Part shown: in pieces, positions 57,397-64,000 of the stretch
Layout of the letters: each line of letters begins with the position of its first letter
Position numbering within the stretch: position 1 is the stretch's first letter
Source of the DNA: Piromyces finnis finn
Taxonomy: Eukaryota; Fungi; Neocallimastigomycota
DNA length: 64,000 bases
Assembly: GCA_002104945.1 (NCBI GenBank)
Contig: MCFH01000071.1
Span: 124,001-188,000, forward strand
Reading direction: 5' to 3'
Notes under the pieces: model-generated
The model's input: the letters and a program-made list of their open reading frames with translations, nothing else
Database searches by the model: none
What the model was told of the DNA's origin: nothing
Translations under genes and position numbers: made by a program

Positions 57397-57442
<46 letters not shown>

Positions 57443-58882
57443 CTTTTCATAAAATATTACCCAAATTTATAAAAAAAAAAAAAAAAAAAGTCATTATTTT
57501 TTTATGGCTATCTATTTTTTAAAGTAATAACTTTTTTTCTTTTTTCCAATTTTTGGTCTTCCATCCCATTTATTCCTCAACCTGATTCTATTCTTCATTA
57601 ATTTTTTTTTTTTTTTTTTTTTTTGTAACGATTTAATTACTCAACTAGTGTAATATTCAGTCTGGTTTGGTCTATTTGATTAAAAAAAATAATAATAATA
57701 TTTGTAAAAAAGGAGAAAGGTTTATATCATTATTTATTTTATTTTTTTTTTTTTTTTTTTTTTTTTTTTGATATAGGATAATTTTTCACTACATAACTCG
57801 ATGTAGTATTACTTTTCTTATTATAATTATAACTATTGAAATTTTTTATAATATATATATTATTATTTACTTATTTACCAAGCTATTTTTGTTTATGTAT
57901 ATATATATTAAAAATAATAATACTAATAATTAATTTTGAAAGCATCTTAATATATAAAGAAAAAATGAATGATATTTCTAAACCTTTAATACAAAATTCT
58001 AAGGAGAAAAAAAAAATATTCGAAAGAAAGAAAAAAAAAAATTAAATTTGAAAATAAATGATTTAAATGACATTATGAAAATAAAGTAAACTTTTTTTTT
58101 TTTCAAATTTTAAATATTCAAGATTAGGATAAAAAAAAAAAAAAAAAAAAAAAAAGCGTTTTAAATTCTTTTATTAATAATTCTAATCAAAATCAAAATA
58201 TGTTTTTTAAACCATGAGAAATTGATCATAAATCATATAAAAGATTAATAATGGGTAATAGGAATGTATGTATTAGTTAATACTACATGAATGACCGAAT
58301 TCCTATTTAAAATTTACTCAAAATTGAAATAAAAAAAAAAAAAAAAAAAAGTAAAATTAATTATACATAAAACTATAAAAGATAAAAATAAAATGAACCT
58401 TTTAAAAGATGGAGAGTATGATATGGAAAGATTTTTTTTTTTTTTTTTTTTTTTTCATAAAACTTTTCAAAATAATAAAAAATCCTAAAACTTGCCAGTA
58501 TAATAAATACTAATCTAACCCTTAAATAGAAATTTACTAATGAATTAGGAAAAAAGAAAGAGTTAAAAAAAAGTAGAATAGTAATAAGAATCAATCAATA
58601 AAATAATATAAAGGTTAAAAGCGATGATATATTTATTTTAATTAAGAGTTTTTTATAGTCCCTGTGTATTTTGTAGAGTAGCTTTTCTTTACTTTTGATG
58701 ACTTTGTAGGTTAGGTTAAATAATATTTCTCAATTTTTTTTAACCTAACCAACCACCTATGTATCTATGTATCTATGTATAATTATTTATAATGACAACA
58801 TTATTTTATGCTAATAATCACATTTTTGTATGCCATTCACACATGATTTCGTGTGTGCTATTAACTTTACGTACTTTGATAA

Positions 58883-58953
58883 TAAGCAATAAATAAAACA
58901 TTAAAAACAACAACAATGGCAGTAAGCAATAAATAAAACATTAAAAACAACAA
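58883..58953. repeat. Direct repeat (taagcaataaataaaacattaaaaacaacaa x2, period 40)
   Basis: Direct reading. Confidence 0.8.
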
Positions 58954-59588
58954 ATAACTAATAACCAATAATTTATGGTAATAATAATCTGACTGTAATA
59001 GAAATAATTTAGCAGAAATAGAGTAATACACTAAATAATAAGAGTGATAATAAAATACATTCCTATTTAATTTAGAGGTCATCTTCTACTTTTTCCCAAA
59101 TAATAAAAAACTATTAAAAAAAAGAGTAGTATCATTTTTATATTGTATTGTTACTTTGTCATTTTTTATTTTTTTTTCGTTTTTTTTTTTTTCTTATAAA
59201 TAAGTCATTTATGCTATATAGATTTCTTTATGTAAAAAACAACTTTTTGGTTATATAATCATAAAGAATGATGAAATAAATAAAAAGGAAAATATGAAAA
59301 AGTTAAAACGCAAACTTTTTTTTTTTTTTTTTAAAATAATAATTATATTCTTTTGATAATTTATAATAGAATAAATATATAATATATAGGTAGAGTAAAC
59401 GTAGATTGGATAAATATATACGTTTTTTTTTAATTATTACTATTATTACAATTACAATAGTTAAAAAAGTTCATTGAGAAACGAATCGTAAAAAAAAAAA
59501 TTAGAAATTGTATTGTAGTGATAATAGTGATCATAAGACGAGATCTTTAAATAATTATACTTTGTATTGAAAATCTTTTTTTTTTTTT

Positions 59589-61725
59589 TTAACGTCTTTC
59601 GGTATCACCAAATCCTGAGTTTTTTTTTTTTTTTTTTTTAAATAAAATATTTCAAATAAATAATAAAAATTATAAAAAAGAAAAATAAATATTTAGTTAT
59701 TATTGAATGAACATATTAATATTTTTTTTATTTTTTATTATTTTTAATAGTTGAATAAATTTATTAAAAAAAAAAAAAAAGGAATAATTACCATAAGCAG
59801 AATAAGTATGTGGTGGTGATGGTGTTCTTTCTCTAGTGAAAGAATTGGATCTTGATCTTGATCTTGATCTGGATCTGGATCTTGAACTAACAATAATTGA
59901 TGTATAATAATAAAATATTAACAACAATAACAACAACAACAACAACATTATTAATAAAAAGGATCATTAAAAATAATTAAATATGAAAAAAGCAGTAAAA
60001 ATATATAAAAATAGAATATATTATATATAAATTTAATTACCTATTATTAAAGAAATTATTTGTAGTGTGATGATTATTATTTCTGCTACGAAGAAAATCA
60101 GCTGTTCTAAAACCACTCATAAAATCACCAAGTCTACTAGCTCTGGAAGAAGAATTACCTGAAAATAAATGATTTATTATAAATTATAAATAATAATTTT
60201 CATTACTATTACTATTACTATCACCAATTACCATTACTATTATTTTAAATTTTTTTTTTTTTTTTTATTTTTATTTTTATTTTCTTATTTTATTCTTATT
60301 TTATTACTCTTTTCTTTTCTTTTCTTTTCTTTTCTTTCTTTTTTTTTTTAAAATATTATTTTAAAAAATCTTACCATTATTATTATTATTATTATTATTA
60401 TTATCATTCCTATGATGATGATGGTGATGGTGACGATGATGTCTATCCTCCTCCTCCTCACTATTATTGCCATCATGTTCATTTTCCCATGAACCGTATG
60501 GTGGTGGATTATCATTATTATTTTGGGATTCTTGACCTCTACGTTTTTTTTGCCATTTATTATACAACATAATACAAATGATAATAATGACAACAATACA
60601 AATAAAAGTTATTCCTGAATCATCACTATTTTCTTTATTAGTTGCGGTATTTGGCTGATCATTGTAATAGAAATGTTGTTTTCCTTTTCCTGTTAAATAT
60701 AATGAATCTAATATAGTTTATTTAAAATATATAATAATATAATAAAAAAATTATTATTATAAATACAAGATGTTATTATCAATACTTTTTTTTTTTTACT
60801 AATAATATTAATAGTTTTACATACAACGAACTCCGCAACTACCACGAGTAATATATCTATCATCTTTATATAATAATAAAGTAATTAATAATTTATTCTT
60901 TTTTTTTTTTTTTACTATTCATTTTATAAAAGTATTATTTATGAATATCTTATTTTTTTACCTGGATTACTGTAACCTTCACATGAAACCTTGGTGTAAC
61001 CAATATAATAATAGTCTTCCAAAGGTGTTTCACATCGCCAACTAGCATTGTATCCATCAAATCCAACTTTATATATATAATAAATGTGAAATGTAATAAC
61101 CATTTCATTTATATATAAATCATTTAGAATTATTTTTTTTTGTTTTTAAAAATAACAACAATATATATATATATATACCATTTATATATTTTAGAGTATA
61201 AAAAAAACTTACTTTGATTACATTGCATGGATGGTGGTTGGAAGTATTTACAACCGTCACCTTCAACACATTCCAACTTGAAAAAAAAAAAAATTATTAT
61301 TATTGTGTGTATGTTTTTTTTTTTTTTTAAAAAGAACTCATAATAATTACAACAATAAAAAATTTATTTTACATTTATTATTATTATTTTTCCATAAAAA
61401 AAAAAAAAAAAAAACTTACTTGGTTAACTCTAGAACGACGACCTTTAGTTTTTCTATTTTTATAAACAGTAAAGGTTTTCAATTGTTCTAATAAAACCTT
61501 TTCTGGATCATTGTTGTTGTTGTTGTTGTTGGTGGTATATTCATAATTATTATTGGGGTAACCTTGGTTTCCATAGCCATTATTAGGATAACCTTGATTA
61601 GCATAACCATTTTGGTTATTAGGATAACCTTGGTTTCCATAGCCATTGTCATATCTACCATTAGGATTTGGATAAATGTTGTTGTATCCATTGTTATTAT
61701 TATAATTATAATTATTGTAATTCAT
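59589..61725 (-). CDS. SARAF: SARAF/TMEM66 (DUF1183) homolog; 8 exons (61725-61420, 61276-61213, 61066-60962, 60863-60825, 60707-60375, 60158-60041, 59886-59792, 59614-59589)
   Basis: The spliced sequence KVLLEQLKTFTVYKNRKTKGRRSRVNQLECVEGDGCKYFQPPSMQCNQIGFDGYNASWRCETPLEDYLYIGYTKVSCEGYSNPDDRYITRGSCGVRYSL aligns by eye to the SARAF luminal domain, with all six Cys. A TM segment (GITFICIVVIIIICIMLY) follows, and the protein ends SAYGFGDTERR* like the SARAF C-terminal GxGxTxRR. Confidence 0.87.
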
Positions 61726-62626
61726 TTTTTTTTTTTTCTTCTTCAATGGGTTTTAGTTGAATTTATTTAATATTTTTTTTTGTTAATGACTGAATTGTTG
61801 AATTTTTTCTTTTTAAAAATAAAATTATAAATTGTGTGTGTGTAATCTATATAAAATATATATCTTTTTTAAAGAGAAAAAAGTATACTTTTTATCCAAG
61901 CAAATATTCTATTTTATACTATCAATAAAGTAAAAAAAAAAGTTTTCCTTTTCTTTTTTTGTCTTGTTTCTTTTTGTTTTAAAGAAAAAAAAAAAAAAAA
62001 AAAATTTCTTTTTATTTTTAAAATTAAATAATATATTAGTTAAAATATATTCCAATATATTGTTAAATTATATTAAACAATTTAATTAAAAAAAGAAAAA
62101 AAGGATTTTACTTTTTTATTTTTTTCAATGTAAAAAGCGATTTATGTTTTCTCCGTTTTCCTGTTTCATTGGTGATGTGGTAGGAAGAGCATCATTCTCA
62201 TTTTCTTTTCTTTTCTTTTTTTAGTGTAAACTTTTTATTGGTTTTTTTTTTTATAGATTTTCTTATTTTTTTATTTTTTTAAAAAAAAAAAATTTCTATG
62301 GAACATACCATAAAAATAAAATTAATCATTGTTCAAAAAAAAAAGTGTGGGAATGCCGCCTAGGCATAACAGCAGCAACAACATTTATGGATTGTTGTTA
62401 CATCATTCAATAGACCTCCATTTTTATAAAAAGTCACAAAGACATAAAAAGTAAAAAAAAAAAAAAGATACATAAAAAAAATAATGTTATTTTTTTTTTT
62501 CTTTTGTTTTTATTAATTATTATTTTATTTTATAAAGTATATTGTATTTATTAATTAGTAATTTTTTTTTTCTTTTATTTTTCAGTTTTTTTTTTCTATT
62601 AATTAATACGATTTATAGTTTATTTT

Positions 62627-62657
<31 letters not shown>

Positions 62658-63037
62658 CTATGTAATAATACGGGTATATTATTATTATTATTATTATTAT
62701 TATAAAATAATAGAATGTTTTTTTTTTTTTTTTTAATTAGATCATTATCTATAAAAATATTTATACCAAAATGATAATTAATTATGTATCTAAAAAAATC
62801 ATATAGACCTTGTCACCATGTATATATGTGAATGATTTATTCTTTCTATAATTAAGAAAAGAATAAAGATAAAAAAAAAACCTTTTTTTTTTTTTTTAAA
62901 TATGACTAATAATTTTTTTCTATATATATAAAAAAGTTTAATTTGTTGTTAAAAAAGGATTATCATTAAAATGATCTATATTAAAAAAAAATTAAGTGTG
63001 AGTGTATGTATGTATTCAAAAAAAAAAAAAAGTTGTT

Positions 63038-63596
63038 TTATATATTGTATAAAAAGACAATAGTCACTATAGCTATTATTATTTCGGCAATTTTACTGAT
63101 AGAATTTATTACAGAAGAGCTTTCTTCTCTTTTTTCGTGTTTTGAATGATCAGAAAAACCGATGTTTTCTTCATCTTCATCTCTTTTTTCTATTTTTCTT
63201 AAATCAAAGTTGGTAACATTAGCATTTGGTTTTACCAAATCTTCATTGAAACATTCTTCGCCTGACCAAACGCCACGTTTTCTTAAATAACTATTATAAT
63301 TCCAACCGATTGAATTTTTCATGTTACTTGGAGTAAAAATCCAAGAAGGATATTCTACTTCTTTAACCAATGGTGCTCTTTGTGCACCACTTGGGAATTT
63401 ATATGAATTTACCCATGCTGGTTGAACATTATTACCAGTACATCTTGAAGATGGAATAGCATCACAGCACATGAACCATTCTTCAACAAATTGTCCATCA
63501 ATCATAGTCCAAATTTTATCTTCATGTCTTCCAAACTTTGATGTTTCTACATCATAGCCATAGGATAAGGCATAGCCTTTAATAAATGTATTTGCC
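63038..63596 (-). CDS. Final exon of an uncharacterised gene (5' part beyond or upstream of the window), ending in a hydrophobic, GPI-signal-like C-terminus
   Basis: An open, complex-composition frame (Trp/Cys-rich) follows a poly-A..ag acceptor at ~63596. It ends in ESSSVINSISKIAEIIIAIVTIVFLYNI*. Confidence 0.7.
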
Positions 63597-63704
63597 TTTT
63601 TTTTTTTTTTTTTTAACATTTAATATATATATATATTTTTTTTGAAAAAAGATAAAAATATTATTACGATTATTATTATATTGTAATTGTAAATAATTGT
63701 GATT

Positions 63705-63830
63705 ATATAATTGTAAATATATTATTGTGTTTATATAATTGTAAATATATTATTGTGTTTATATAATTGTGTTTATATAATTGTAAATATATTATTGTGT
63801 TTATATATTTGTGAATATATAATTGTGTAT
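63705..63830. repeat. 28-bp minisatellite (ttgtaaatatattattgtgtttatataa), ~4 degenerate copies
   Basis: Direct reading; probably intronic in the last gene. Confidence 0.85.
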
Positions 63831-64000
63831 TTTTAAAATAAAAAGAGAGATTGAAATTATTTTTTTATATATATATATATATAAAGTTAAAAGTTTTGTT
63901 TATTTCAATTGATTATTATTAGCATTATAAATAAAATTTATTAATGTTATAATAGATAAAAAAAAAAGTGAATATTATTTATTTTTATAAAAATCAGTAT

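Overview
This is extremely AT-rich, intron-containing eukaryotic DNA with long (ATT)n and poly-A/T tracts. The composition and gene set suggest an anaerobic gut fungus (Neocallimastigomycota); that assignment is inference. I assembled spliced gene models by hand from GT..AG junctions. In order they are: tRNA splicing endonuclease subunit SEN34 (+), an intronless bacterial-type alpha/beta hydrolase with a membrane anchor (-), a disrupted ankyrin-repeat locus (-), an RPUSD1-like RluA pseudouridine synthase (-), SPT3 (-), a PRELI/Ups2-like lipid transfer protein (+), a LysM protein (-), an unassigned 5-exon gene (-), a Yak1/DYRK kinase with a ~1700-aa low-complexity tail (-), RRP12 (+), RPS8 (+), a SARAF/TMEM66 homolog (-), and the last exon of an unassigned gene with a hydrophobic C-terminus (-). 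Most short entries in the ORF track are artefacts of simple repeats or antisense shadows of real exons. I saw no tRNA, rRNA, CRISPR array or intact mobile element, and no clear multi-gene novel system. The best leads are at single-gene level: the candidate horizontally transferred hydrolase, the SARAF homolog with a prion-like N-terminus and no visible signal peptide, the non-canonical activation segment and giant tail of the Yak1 kinase, and a minisatellite with ordered unit variants.
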